The translations under genes were made by a program, and so were the position numbers. Shown in pieces: positions 29,231-38,935 of a DNA stretch of 56,958 bases. How positions within the stretch are numbered: the first letter of the stretch is position 1; each line of letters starts with the position of its first letter. Location: the NCBI GenBank assembly GCA_008081395.1, contig VMCJ01000026.1:1-56958 (forward strand), in the 5' to 3' direction. The notes beneath the pieces were generated by a model. The model searched no databases. It saw only the letters and a list, made by a program, of their open reading frames with translations, and was not told where the DNA came from. This DNA is from Rhodospirillales bacterium (GTDB taxonomy: Bacteria; Pseudomonadota; Alphaproteobacteria; Bin95).

Positions 29231-30444
29231 TTCTTGTTTCCTTTCGTTTTAGGAGAGCTAAGGGCTGAAGCCAGCGCCTCCAGACTTTCTAAGTTATGTG
29301 TCGCGCGAAACTCATCAACATGCGGCAGAATTGTTCTGACCCCACGAGCCTTGGGCTCGAAACCATCATACCGCAAAAGTGGATTCAACCAGATAAGTCT
29401 TCGAGAAGATTTTCCAAGTCTTTCTATTGCTCTGTGGAGTGTATTTCCTTCCTCACGATCAAGGCCATCAGTTATTAGCAATACGATTGCAGTTTGCCCT
29501 AACAAACGCCGAGACCATTTTTGGTTAAAATCATTTAAACATTCACCGATGCGGGTGCCACCCTCCCAATCTTCGACTGACCGTGCCACTTGGTCGAGCG
29601 CTATATCCACATCGCGGTTTTTTAGCTGATTGGTGATATTGGTGAGGCGAGTGCCAAACACAAAACTCGAAACGCGTTCTCTGTCATTGGATAAGGCATG
29701 CAGAAAATGAAGCAGCATCCGAGAATAGTGGGCCATAGATCCAGAGATGTCGCAGATGGCTACAATTCGTGGAGGGCGTTTTCTTATTGTTTTTTTTGCT
29801 AAATCAATCCCGTCATGGCCGCTACGTAACTGAGAACGTAGGGTGGCGCGCATATCAATTAGGCGGCCTCTAGAATTGACCTTGAAGCGCCTAGAGGGAA
29901 AATCTGGAAACGATAAGCGTAGCCGAGCGATAGCGCGTTTTGCAGCTTCTGTCTCATCGGCTGACATGTCCTCGAAATCAATTTTCTTTAACTTTTCCTG
30001 CCCTGACCAAGCCAAATTTACATGGGTATCATCTGTCCCAAATTCGTTTGGATTATTTTCCAGTTCGTGGCCTCTTGAAGAAAAGGCTTGGGCTAGGCGT
30101 TTTGGAACCTTTTGCTTGGGCTCTTCTTTGCTTGTGTCTAGGTCATTTAAGGGAATTTTTATCCGAACTACTTTGTTTAAAAAATTTGAACTTCGCCAAT
30201 ACATTCGAAAGGCTTGATCAAAGATTTCCCGTTGGTCTGGACGGCTTACCAATGTTGCATGAAGTGCCCAATAAAACTGCTTTCTATCTGATATATCCAC
30301 CGCTGTGGCAGCTTCAGTTGCAAGAAGGGCATGAGAGGGGCCCAGCGCCATGCCAGCCCTTCGAAGGATACGAACAAAATGCATTATTGCTTGAGGGAGG
30401 CGCCCTTCTTGAGTCAGAGGAGCGTCCAAGCTTGGTTTAGACAT
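29206..30444 (-). CDS. VWA-domain protein (CoxE-like)
   Basis: 412 aa. MIDAS motif CDISGSM in the C-terminal VWA domain. 8-nt overlap with the upstream MoxR gene. Confidence 0.85.
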   Translation of the reverse strand: MSKPSLDAPLTQEGRLPQAIMHFVRILRRAGMALGPSHALLATEAATAVDISDRKQFYWALHATLVSRPDQREIFDQAFRMYWRSSNFLNKVVRIKIPLNDLDTSKEEPKQKVPKRLAQAFSSRGHELENNPNEFGTDDTHVNLAWSGQEKLKKIDFEDMSADETEAAKRAIARLRLSFPDFPSRRFKVNSRGRLIDMRATLRSQLRSGHDGIDLAKKTIRKRPPRIVAICDISGSMAHYSRMLLHFLHALSNDRERVSSFVFGTRLTNITNQLKNRDVDIALDQVARSVEDWEGGTRIGECLNDFNQKWSRRLLGQTAIVLLITDGLDREEGNTLHRAIERLGKSSRRLIWLNPLLRYDGFEPKARGVRTILPHVDEFRATHNLESLEALASALSSPKTKGNKKCQQTLPN

Positions 30445-31363
30445 TGGAAGATACGGTGTTTAATTCTGCTTTTACTTCGTCGAGAAGGCGTTTGGCCTCA
30501 GTCCCAGACATTTTTTGAATGTCATCTTGATATTTTAGAAGAACCCCTATGCTATTTGAGATAGCAGTGGGATCCAACTCAGCCGCGTTCAGATGCACCA
30601 ATGCGTCTGCCCAGTCGATGGTCTCTGCTACGCCTGGAGCCTTAAAAAGGTCCAAGCTTCTCAGTTTGTGAACGAAATTAACTATCTGTGTTGATAGTTC
30701 TAACGGGGTATTGGGTGCCTTCTCTGCGAGGATTTCCAGTTCTCTTTCTACGCTTGGATAATCAAGCCAATGGTAAATACATCTGCGCTTAAGAGCATCG
30801 TGGATTTCACGGGTCCTGTTAGAAGTAAGGATTACAATTGGAGGTATATCAGCTGCGATGGTTCCTATTTCGGGAACAGAAATCTGGAAGTCTGACAATG
30901 CTTCAAGAAGAAATGCTTCGAATGGCTCATCTGCCCGATCTAGTTCATCCACGAGTAGTATTGGCGGGCCTTCGGGTTGGGGGCGCAAAGCTTGAAGGAT
31001 TGGCCGCTCAATTAGAAATTTTTCAGAAAAAATATCTTGTTCGAGATTTTTTTGAGTTGAATTACCGCTCGCCTCGGCTAGGCGAATTTGGATCATTTGG
31101 GCCTGATAATTCCACTCGTAAACCGCAGATGCTACATCAAGGCCCTCGTAGCACTGGAGGCGAATTAACTGCCGTCCCAGACTTGATGCTAGTACTTTTG
31201 CTACTTCTGTTTTCCCTACCCCAGCCTCACCTTCGAGAAAGAGCGGACGCCCCAACTTTAGGGACAGGAAAATAGCAGTCGCAATGCTCTCGTCAGCAAT
31301 GTAACCCTCTTTTCGCAGAAGGCTTATGACTTCGGGTACATTTTCTGGAAGGTGTGAGTTCAC
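30437..31363 (-). CDS. MoxR-family AAA+ ATPase (CoxD-like)
   Basis: 308 aa. Walker A GEAGVGKT and Walker B LLVDELDRA. GTG start, with no in-frame ATG nearby. Confidence 0.9.
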   Translation of the reverse strand: MNSHLPENVPEVISLLRKEGYIADESIATAIFLSLKLGRPLFLEGEAGVGKTEVAKVLASSLGRQLIRLQCYEGLDVASAVYEWNYQAQMIQIRLAEASGNSTQKNLEQDIFSEKFLIERPILQALRPQPEGPPILLVDELDRADEPFEAFLLEALSDFQISVPEIGTIAADIPPIVILTSNRTREIHDALKRRCIYHWLDYPSVERELEILAEKAPNTPLELSTQIVNFVHKLRSLDLFKAPGVAETIDWADALVHLNAAELDPTAISNSIGVLLKYQDDIQKMSGTEAKRLLDEVKAELNTVSSNV

Positions 31364-31582
31364 TGCTATGGATATCCGGCTGAGACAATTCAGGATGAAG
31401 GTCTAGTATTGATCGGGTAACGATCTTCCGAAAGGTTTGCAAGTTGCAAGCGAGGTTGCTGGACGCCGCAGCATTTAAACCCCTCTTTCTTTAATCACCC
31501 TTACGGCCTAAATCAGGAGGTGGGTCATCACTTATACAACGCCTAGATTTTTGTGATTTGGTGCCTGACAAAGGAAATTGAT

Positions 31583-32137
31583 ATGGTTCGACTAACAAAA
31601 ATTTATACTCGCGGCGGTGATAAGGGAATGACTTCCTTGGCCACCGGAGAGCGCAGGCCGAAGCATGATCTACGCATCAAAGCGAACGGCGCCGTTGACG
31701 AAGCAAACTCCTCTATCGGTGTTGCGCGTGTGCATGCAACCTCAGGCGTGCAAGCGCTGCTTGCTCGTATCCAAAATGACCTTTTTGACGTTGGTGCTGA
31801 TTTAAGTACCCCAGAGGGCTTAGATGGTGCTTTGAGGGCTACGGATTCCCAAGTTGATAGGCTTGAGCAGGAAATCGATATCATTAACTCGCGTTTGGAG
31901 CCCCTGAACTCATTTGTGCTGCCTGGAGGAAGTCCTCTCGCGGCGAACCTTCATATGGCCAGAGCATTAGTCAGACGAGCGGAGAGGGTGGCAACTGAAT
32001 TAGCTACTATTGAGGAGGTGAATCCATCGGCGCTCAAATATCTCAATCGTCTATCAGATTTACTTTTTCAGATGGCGCGCGATGCTAATGACTGTGGCCG
32101 CCAGGATGTTCTTTGGGTTCCAGGCGCTAATCGATAG
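31583..32137 (+). CDS. PduO-type ATP:cob(I)alamin adenosyltransferase
   Basis: MVRLTKIYTRGGDKGMTSL..G.R..K...RI.A.G.VDE.NS.IG is the canonical PduO/MMAB N-terminus. The track start 31553 is an upstream GTG extension. Confidence 0.9.
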   Translation: MVRLTKIYTRGGDKGMTSLATGERRPKHDLRIKANGAVDEANSSIGVARVHATSGVQALLARIQNDLFDVGADLSTPEGLDGALRATDSQVDRLEQEIDIINSRLEPLNSFVLPGGSPLAANLHMARALVRRAERVATELATIEEVNPSALKYLNRLSDLLFQMARDANDCGRQDVLWVPGANR

Positions 32138-32250
32138 TTGGTCTTAAACTTTCTGGTGTTTTTATTTCCATCTGATCTTCAGGTACAGGCTGCCATTACT
32201 GTCGAGTGCAGCGACTAGGAAAGGCAGCCTTCGAACAACCTGTATCTAAT

Positions 32251-32991
32251 TTACATCTCGACGCCGCCATTTACTTGAAGAAGTTGGCCGTTCACGAAAC
32301 CGCCATAGGGGCCGCATAAGTAAGCCACGAGTGCTGCAATGTCGTCGGACTCGCCAAGCCGGCCTACTGGAACATCTGCTAGCAATTTATCCAAGCTACC
32401 ATGTGCTGCATTATCACCTTCACCAGGGAATGTCCCTGGGGAGATGACATTGGATGTAACGCCTTTTGGTCCAAATTCGCGAGCGAGAGCTTTTGTAAGG
32501 CCAACCACCGCGTGCTTTGACATGGTTACATGCGGCCGTCCTCCTGAACCGCGCTGAGCATTCATTCCGGTAAAGTTTATGATCCGACCCCAACCTGCCT
32601 CAATCATGCCTGGAAGGGCCGCGCGGGACAGCCAAACCGCGGCATAGGTATTAACGCGCATAACTTGGTCTAAATCAGTATCTGACATTTCTAGGAAGGG
32701 AGCCCCAGGCCTGATTGCAGCGTTGTGAATTAGAACGTCTATCCGTCCAAATTTCTTGATGGCACTTGCCGCCATTTCTTCTACTTGTGTTTGGTCACCA
32801 CAATCCGCCATTGCTATCATTGCATCGGTGCCAGCAGCTCTGACTTCATCGGCTACCCGTTCACAATTCTTTTGATTTGAAGAACCGTTGATCACCACAT
32901 TGAATCCCAAGGTGGCAAGATGGGCGGCACACCCTCTTCCAATATTGCGGCCAGATCCCGTGATTAATGCAGTCCTGTTACTTTTAGCCAT
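32251..32991 (-). CDS. SDR-family protein lacking the canonical catalytic Tyr
   Basis: 246 aa. ITGSGRNIG and NAA motifs. The active-site region reads RPHVTMSKHAVVGLTK, where canonical SDRs have YxxxK. Confidence 0.85.
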   Translation of the reverse strand: MAKSNRTALITGSGRNIGRGCAAHLATLGFNVVINGSSNQKNCERVADEVRAAGTDAMIAMADCGDQTQVEEMAASAIKKFGRIDVLIHNAAIRPGAPFLEMSDTDLDQVMRVNTYAAVWLSRAALPGMIEAGWGRIINFTGMNAQRGSGGRPHVTMSKHAVVGLTKALAREFGPKGVTSNVISPGTFPGEGDNAAHGSLDKLLADVPVGRLGESDDIAALVAYLCGPYGGFVNGQLLQVNGGVEM

Positions 32992-32993
32992 GA

Positions 32994-34727
32994 TTAGGCT
33001 GTCTCCTCAATGTCAATGTTAAGTTCTTCTATCATCATATCGCGCATGACAAATTTTTGTGGTTTGCCAGTGACGGTCATTGGTATTGTATCTTTGATAC
33101 GAACATATCGCGGAATTTTATAGTGAGCGATTTGACCTTGGCAGAAGGCACGGATTGCTTCCTCATCAGGTGCAGGCTGCCCTGGCTTGGGCACTATCCA
33201 CGCACAAACTTCCTCACCAAACTTTTTATCTGGGACGCCAAAAACTTGCACTTCCTGTACTGATGGATGTCGATAGAGGAATTCTTCAATTTCACGTGGG
33301 TACACATTCTCTCCACCTCGGATAAGCATGTCCTTCACACGACCAGTGATGTTACAATACCCCTCCTGATCGATGACGCCTAAATCACCCGTGTGCATCC
33401 ACCCATCTTCGTCGATTGCTTCAGAAGTACGTGTAGGTTCGTTCCAATAGCCTTTCATGACGCAATAACCACGAGTGCAAAGTTCGCCTTGTTCTCCTGG
33501 AGCTACAGTGTTTCCGTCCGCGTCAATGATTTTCACCTCTGTATGAGGTTGAATGCGACCAACGGTAGAAACTCTCCGCTCCAAAGGGTCTTCGGTCGAG
33601 GTTTGGAAAGATACAGGGCTAGTCTCGGTCATTCCGTAAGCAATAGTAATATCTTTCAGGTTTAATTCATTTACGCACCGCTTCATTACTTCTATGGGGC
33701 AAGGCGCCCCAGCCATAACACCTGTCCGCAGTGCCTGGAGGTCAAGGTCCTGTATGTTGGGATGCTGCAGGCAAGCAACAAACATAGTTGGAACACCGTA
33801 AATTGACGTGCATTTTTCACTATCCACCGCAGACATTGTTGCTACAGGGTCAAATCCCTCGCTAGGAAATACCATTGCCGCACCCGTAGAGATGCATCCA
33901 AGTACGCCCATTACCATCCCAAAACAGTGATATAATGGTACGGGAATGCAAAGCCGGTCTGCCTCAGTAAAGTTTTGAGCGGCCACTACAAAGCGCCCAT
34001 TATTCAAAATATTAATATGTGTAAGTGTGGCACCCTTTGGTGCTCCCGTCGTGCCGCTTGTGAATTGAATGTTAATAGGATCGTCTGGATCCAGGCGCTC
34101 GGAGATACGGTCGAGCTCTTGAGTTTCAATGTTTCGGCCAGAGTCTACCACGTCACTAAATTTTAGCATCCCAGGGACAGTTTCGTCGCCCATGCAAATA
34201 ACTGCTTTTAGGTGTGGTAAGAGAGATGAGTTTAATGACCCAGGTTGTGAAGAAACTAACTCAGGGGCCAGTTCTTGTATCATCGAGACGTAGTTGCTGG
34301 TTTTGAATTCAGCGGCTGTTACAAGACAGGAGCATTCCACTTGGTTGAGCACGTACTCTACTTCTGCAAGTCTATAGGCGGGGTTAATTGTTACGAGTAT
34401 CAGGCCTACTCGTGCGGTTGCAATTTGCGTTAGTAACCACTCGTGGCGATTGGGAGACCAAATGCCAACACGATCGCCAGGTTTAAGTCCGAGTTTTAAA
34501 AAACCTGCAGCAAGGGCGTCTGCTTCCCCGTCCAATTCTGCCCACGTGCGTCGTATTCCTTGTTCTGGGAATACTGCGGCATCTTTCTTTGGAAATTTTG
34601 AAACAGTTTCCTTAAATACCTCGGGGATCGTTTTCTGCCATAAATCAATATTGGTCGGACCAACTACGTGTGCCTTACCGTATCTAGGTGATAAACCATC
34701 AGCTTGCCCCTTATCTGAATACTCCAT
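32994..34727 (-). CDS. AMP-binding acyl-CoA synthetase
   Basis: 577 aa. AMP-binding signature [26 protein letters not shown]..., and C-terminal GK. GGAGG RBS 5 nt upstream. Confidence 0.9.
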   Translation of the reverse strand: MEYSDKGQADGLSPRYGKAHVVGPTNIDLWQKTIPEVFKETVSKFPKKDAAVFPEQGIRRTWAELDGEADALAAGFLKLGLKPGDRVGIWSPNRHEWLLTQIATARVGLILVTINPAYRLAEVEYVLNQVECSCLVTAAEFKTSNYVSMIQELAPELVSSQPGSLNSSLLPHLKAVICMGDETVPGMLKFSDVVDSGRNIETQELDRISERLDPDDPINIQFTSGTTGAPKGATLTHINILNNGRFVVAAQNFTEADRLCIPVPLYHCFGMVMGVLGCISTGAAMVFPSEGFDPVATMSAVDSEKCTSIYGVPTMFVACLQHPNIQDLDLQALRTGVMAGAPCPIEVMKRCVNELNLKDITIAYGMTETSPVSFQTSTEDPLERRVSTVGRIQPHTEVKIIDADGNTVAPGEQGELCTRGYCVMKGYWNEPTRTSEAIDEDGWMHTGDLGVIDQEGYCNITGRVKDMLIRGGENVYPREIEEFLYRHPSVQEVQVFGVPDKKFGEEVCAWIVPKPGQPAPDEEAIRAFCQGQIAHYKIPRYVRIKDTIPMTVTGKPQKFVMRDMMIEELNIDIEETA

Positions 34728-34792
34728 TGATGCCTCCGCAGTCCCAATATAACAAATCTAGCCATTTTGGGTGTTGTCGCGCTAGGGTTAGC

Positions 34793-35716
34793 ATGATGCA
34801 AAAAGCCGTTATTGCCGCTATCGACTGGGGGACCTCCAGTTTTCGCTTCTGGTTGCTTGACCAAGCTGGTCTCCCTTTGGCGGAGGTTAGAAGTGATCAG
34901 GGTATGGCTTCGCTAAGGCCAGAAGATTACGGGCCCGTGCTTGAAGAAGCGTTAAATAAATCTAGCGCACCATTGAATATGCCGGTCCTGATTTGTGGAA
35001 TGGCAGGCTCTGCGCAGGGGTGGCAGTCAGCCCCTTACGTTGATTTGCCGGCAAACTTATCCAAGCTTCATGAAGCAGCCTGCAAAATAGACGACATAGA
35101 CCGCGACGTTCGGATACTGCCAGGCCTTGCACAGCGTATGCCCGAACGACCAGATGTGATGCGAGGTGAGGAGACCCTATTGCTCGGAGCAACACTTGCT
35201 CAAGGCGTTGAAGAGCGAACAGTTTGTCTGCCTGGAACACATTCAAAATGGGCACAAATTAGTGAAGGAGAGGTAAAGGGATTTGGAACCTCGATGACTG
35301 GTGAAATTTTTAGTTTGCTCGCAACCTCTTCAACGCTCAGTCACTTTACAGAAGTTCATCAAGAGGTCGCGAAAGATCCTCATTTCGTTGAAGCAGTGGC
35401 CGAAGGTCTAAGTTCGCCGGGAGATCTGATGCAAAAATTGTTTAGCGTGCGAGCTGGCCCATTGTTATTTGGTCAGCAGGTTGCGGAAGGCGCAACTGCT
35501 CGCCTTTCTGGTCTGCTTATTGGGACAGAAATCGCTGCGTTTGGAAAAAAACATGAGGAAATTCTTTTGGTTGCTGCAGGAAAACTTTCAGAAGCCTATG
35601 CAACAGCGTTGGATGTGGCGGGTATAAAATTTCAACAGGTGGATGCGGAGGTGCTCATTCGAGCTGGCTTGAGATATGCAGCAAGTTCTATTTGGCCAGA
35701 AAGATTTTCCCAATGA
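34793..35716 (+). CDS. dgoK: 2-dehydro-3-deoxygalactonokinase-like kinase
   Basis: N-terminus AAIDWGTSSFRFWLL is the DgoK signature. The track ORF (34688) extends antisense into the neighbouring gene. First in-frame ATGs at 34793 and 34796. Confidence 0.8.
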   Translation: MMQKAVIAAIDWGTSSFRFWLLDQAGLPLAEVRSDQGMASLRPEDYGPVLEEALNKSSAPLNMPVLICGMAGSAQGWQSAPYVDLPANLSKLHEAACKIDDIDRDVRILPGLAQRMPERPDVMRGEETLLLGATLAQGVEERTVCLPGTHSKWAQISEGEVKGFGTSMTGEIFSLLATSSTLSHFTEVHQEVAKDPHFVEAVAEGLSSPGDLMQKLFSVRAGPLLFGQQVAEGATARLSGLLIGTEIAAFGKKHEEILLVAAGKLSEAYATALDVAGIKFQQVDAEVLIRAGLRYAASSIWPERFSQ

Positions 35717-36342
35717 GCGCATGGAGCGATTTAGAGCCAAAGCTAATAGCAATTCTTAGAGGGGTAATGCCCGACGAGATAAGCCCAATTGCAGAGGGAC
35801 TTATTGACGTAGGTTTTAGGGCTCTGGAGATCCCTTTGAATTCGCCTAACCCTTTTGTGTCTATTGAACGAGCTGTTCGCGTTGCTGAAGGTGCTGACTG
35901 CCTTATCGGTGCCGGCACTGTATTATCGCTACAGGACGCGAGGAGGGTTAATGATTTAGGGGGTAATCTGGTCGTTGCACCCAATTGTAATCCTGAGGTG
36001 ATTAAAGAGAGTGTATCGATGGGTATGACTACGGTACCTGGCGTTTTCACAGCTACAGAGGCATTGGCAGCCCTTTCTTCAGGTGCTCACGCGTTAAAAT
36101 TTTTTCCAGCCTCACTCTTAGGGCCCGATGGCATCAAGGCAATTTCAGCTGTTTTACCCTCGGAAACCGACATTATAGCTGTTGGTGGCGTTTCCGACTC
36201 AGATTTTGCGGGCTATAGAGCAGCAGGTGTTATGGGCTTTGGTCTTGGCTCAAGTCTCTTCAAGCCTGGCGATTTAATTGTTGATGTTATTTCGCGTGGC
36301 AGATCAGCCATAGCGAACTACAGTTCTGGAGAATGCAGTTGA
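35713..36342 (+). CDS. dgoA: 2-dehydro-3-deoxy-6-phosphogalactonate (KDPGal/KDPG-type) aldolase
   Basis: LIAILRGV.PDE...IAEGLIDVGFRALEIPLNSP...SI and GAGTVL. ATG 35713 overlaps the dgoK stop (ATGA). Confidence 0.8.
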   Translation: MSAWSDLEPKLIAILRGVMPDEISPIAEGLIDVGFRALEIPLNSPNPFVSIERAVRVAEGADCLIGAGTVLSLQDARRVNDLGGNLVVAPNCNPEVIKESVSMGMTTVPGVFTATEALAALSSGAHALKFFPASLLGPDGIKAISAVLPSETDIIAVGGVSDSDFAGYRAAGVMGFGLGSSLFKPGDLIVDVISRGRSAIANYSSGECS

Positions 36343-37286
36343 TTGATCTTTTACAAGTCGCGACTTTGCCGCCAGCGCTCATAGAGCGCTTATCGGAAAA
36401 CTACCAAATTCATCAGTGTGTAGACGGTGCTGGAGCAGATGAGCTTCTTGAAAAGGTAGGGCCAAATATTCGTGGTATTCTTGCAGGAGGCACTCAAGGT
36501 CCTGATGCAAACTTAATTGGAAGCTTACCAAATCTTGAAATTATCGCATCCCATAGTGTTGGTTTTGATGCGACGGATGTAGTGGCGGCTCAGTCGCGTG
36601 GAGTATTAGTTACTCATACGCCCGAAGTGCTAACAGGCGATGTTGCTGATCTTGCAATGACATTAATCTTAATGGTGACCCGGAGGGTAGGGGAATCAGA
36701 GCGGTTTTTGCGCCGAGGTGAGTGGCTGAAAAAACGCATGGACTTTGGGGTCACAGTTAAGGGGCGTACTTTGGGTATCTTGGGCCTTGGCCGCATAGGT
36801 AAGGCCGTTGCCAGGCGGGCTGAGGTTTTTGGACTGAATATCGCCTTCCACGACATTCAGCCAATGGGCGATCTTCCATATCGCCACTATCCTACGCTTA
36901 CAGATTTGGCTGACGCTAGCGATATTTTGCTAGTAGCTTGCGAAGGCGGGCCTGCTAACAGAGGTCTTGTGGATGCGAGTATTCTGAAGTCCTTAGGTTC
37001 CAAAGGATATATAGTTAATACGGCGCGTGGTCCGATTGTTAACCAAAAGGACTTAATTGAAGCTCTCAAATCAGGTGTAATTGCGGGTGCTGGTCTGGAC
37101 GTTTTTGATGGGGAGCCGACAGTACCAGACGAGCTGTTAGAAATGGAAAACGTGGTGTTGACCCCTCACATCGCTAGTTCGACCCATGAAACTCGCAGAG
37201 CTATGGCCGATCTCGTAATAGCTAACCTTGACGCGCATTTTTCAGGTAAGCCAGTGTTGACGCCTGTACCACCTCAGGTCTCTTAA
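36333..37286 (+). CDS. D-isomer-specific 2-hydroxyacid dehydrogenase (glyoxylate/hydroxypyruvate reductase-like)
   Basis: 317 aa. NAD motif GILGLGRIGKAVARR and catalytic His region LTPHIAS. Overlaps dgoA by 10 nt. Confidence 0.9.
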   Translation: MQLIDLLQVATLPPALIERLSENYQIHQCVDGAGADELLEKVGPNIRGILAGGTQGPDANLIGSLPNLEIIASHSVGFDATDVVAAQSRGVLVTHTPEVLTGDVADLAMTLILMVTRRVGESERFLRRGEWLKKRMDFGVTVKGRTLGILGLGRIGKAVARRAEVFGLNIAFHDIQPMGDLPYRHYPTLTDLADASDILLVACEGGPANRGLVDASILKSLGSKGYIVNTARGPIVNQKDLIEALKSGVIAGAGLDVFDGEPTVPDELLEMENVVLTPHIASSTHETRRAMADLVIANLDAHFSGKPVLTPVPPQVS

Positions 37287-37296
37287 GGAAGAATAA

Positions 37297-38214
37297 ATGG
37301 CGCATCGTTACAGTGGTGTTTGGCCAGTTGCCCCAACACCTTTTCATGAAAATGGATCCCTTGATCTTGATGGCATGAAGAGGGTCATAGATTGCATGAT
37401 TGACCAGAAGGTTGACGGGATCTGTATCTTGGCTAATTTTTCTGAGCAGTTTTTGCTAAGTGACGATGAGCGCGCGACCCTAACGCGCCTCTGTTTGGAG
37501 CACGCATCAGGGCGCGTGCCAATTATCGTTACAGCATCTCACTTCTCAACGGGCGTAGTGGAAGCTAGGGCCCGAGAGGCGGCGGCAATGGGTGCAGCGA
37601 TGCTAATGTTAATGCCGCCATATCATGGAGCTCTTCTGAGGGCAGATGAGGAAGGGATAATTGAGCATTTTGCCTGTGCTTCTGATGCTGGAAACATCCC
37701 GATTATGGTTCAGGATGCCCCGATTTCTGGTGTAAACTTATCCGTCTCTCTTATGGTTCGGATGGCACGGGAAATTGAACAGGTTAAACTCTTCAAAATC
37801 GAAACTCCTGGCACAGCAGCCAAGCTTCGTGCCCTAATTGAAGCCGGTGGTGAAGCAATTGAGGGTCCTTTTGACGGAGAGGAAGCTATTACTCTGATGG
37901 CAGACATGGATGCTGGAGCGACCGGTTCTATGACTTCAGCAACTCTTCCTGATCTAATTCGCCCCTCAATCATATCGCACCTAGAAGGCAGGCGTGATGA
38001 GGCGAGAATAATCTATAAAGAATTACTACCTCTTATAAATTTTGAAAATCGTCAGTGTGGCTGGCGCTCTACAAAAGCGGTAATGCAGGCAGGTAATGTA
38101 TTTAAGTCTGACTATGTCCGTCATCCAACGAGGCCTTTACATCCAAGCACAAAGGCGGAACTTTTGGAGTTGGCAAGGGAAGCTAACCCAATAGCGCTTA
38201 GTTGGGGGCTTTAA
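37297..38214 (+). CDS. Dihydrodipicolinate synthase (DapA/NAL) family lyase
   Basis: 305 aa. GVWPVAPTPF...G.LD. and ..VDGI...G..sE. Candidate Schiff-base Lys in KLFKIETPG. AAGGAAG RBS. Confidence 0.85.
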   Translation: MAHRYSGVWPVAPTPFHENGSLDLDGMKRVIDCMIDQKVDGICILANFSEQFLLSDDERATLTRLCLEHASGRVPIIVTASHFSTGVVEARAREAAAMGAAMLMLMPPYHGALLRADEEGIIEHFACASDAGNIPIMVQDAPISGVNLSVSLMVRMAREIEQVKLFKIETPGTAAKLRALIEAGGEAIEGPFDGEEAITLMADMDAGATGSMTSATLPDLIRPSIISHLEGRRDEARIIYKELLPLINFENRQCGWRSTKAVMQAGNVFKSDYVRHPTRPLHPSTKAELLELAREANPIALSWGL

Positions 38215-38224
38215 TTAACGCTTA

Positions 38225-38935
38225 TTAAGCTTTGATTATTTCCCCGTGCGAATTGTTCGTTGGCAGCGCTAGGTTAATGATTAAGGGGGCGACTGCGGCA
38301 GGCAACTGGAGTTGTGAAGGGTCTTCGCCGGGAAAGGCTTCCGCTCTAAGTCCAGTTCGCATGACACCAGGATCAATCAAATTTACTCTCAGTTTAGTGT
38401 GCTCTACCTCTCGTGCCCAGCAGGCAACCATAGCCTGCAGAGCACTTTTACTGGCGGCGTAAGGCGCCCAAAAGGGTTCTCCTTTCTCGGCTATACCGCA
38501 AGTAGTGATAATTGCACGGCCTGAATTAGATTGTTGAAGAAGAGCCTCAAAATTCCGAATTAAACGCCAGTTTGCAGTCAGGTTTGATGCTATTATTCGT
38601 TCAAAAAGTTCTGGGGTGAAGTGAGAAATAGGAGATAGCTGACCAAGAATGGCTGCTGTTTGTACCAGGATGTCCAGACGCCCATATCTTTCCGCGACGC
38701 CAATTGCGAGCCTGTCTTGAGCTTCGCCATCGAGAAGGTCGACAGGCGCTATAACTGCTTTACCGCCAGCAGCACTGATTTTGTCGTGTATTTCCTCTAG
38801 CGCACCCTGCGTCCGAGCTACAAGCAGTACTTCTGCTCCTGAGTTTGCTAAAGCTTCAGCTGTTGCGGCGCCAAGCCCTCTGGATGCGCCAGCAACAAGC
38901 GCCACCAGGCCAGTAAGGGGTTTTTGTTCTGTCAT
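38225..38935 (-). CDS. SDR-family oxidoreductase
   Basis: 236 aa. VAGASRGLG, canonical YAASK. The start overlaps the purF stop by 4 nt. Confidence 0.85.
   Translation of the reverse strand: MTEQKPLTGLVALVAGASRGLGAATAEALANSGAEVLLVARTQGALEEIHDKISAAGGKAVIAPVDLLDGEAQDRLAIGVAERYGRLDILVQTAAILGQLSPISHFTPELFERIIASNLTANWRLIRNFEALLQQSNSGRAIITTCGIAEKGEPFWAPYAASKSALQAMVACWAREVEHTKLRVNLIDPGVMRTGLRAEAFPGEDPSQLQLPAAVAPLIINLALPTNNSHGEIIKA

Noticed and set aside
29206-31363. A MoxR AAA+ and VWA gene pair, considered as a possible stand-alone conflict or defence-type NTPase system.
   Set aside because: It overlaps directly with XdhC-family and MocA-type genes. The ordinary CoxD/CoxE-like maturation role explains the pair.
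31364-31582. A possible cobalamin riboswitch in the 219-nt spacer upstream of the PduO-type adenosyltransferase.
   Set aside because: I could not find a B12-box-like core or the expected paired elements. The only feature is a short TTGCAAG tandem. The spacer also has to host two divergent promoters.
32187-32230. An inverted repeat AGGCTGCC...GGCAGCCT between the convergent PduO and SDR genes, considered as a terminator.
   Set aside because: It has a 28-nt loop and no T-run on either strand. That is too weak to call a Rho-independent terminator.
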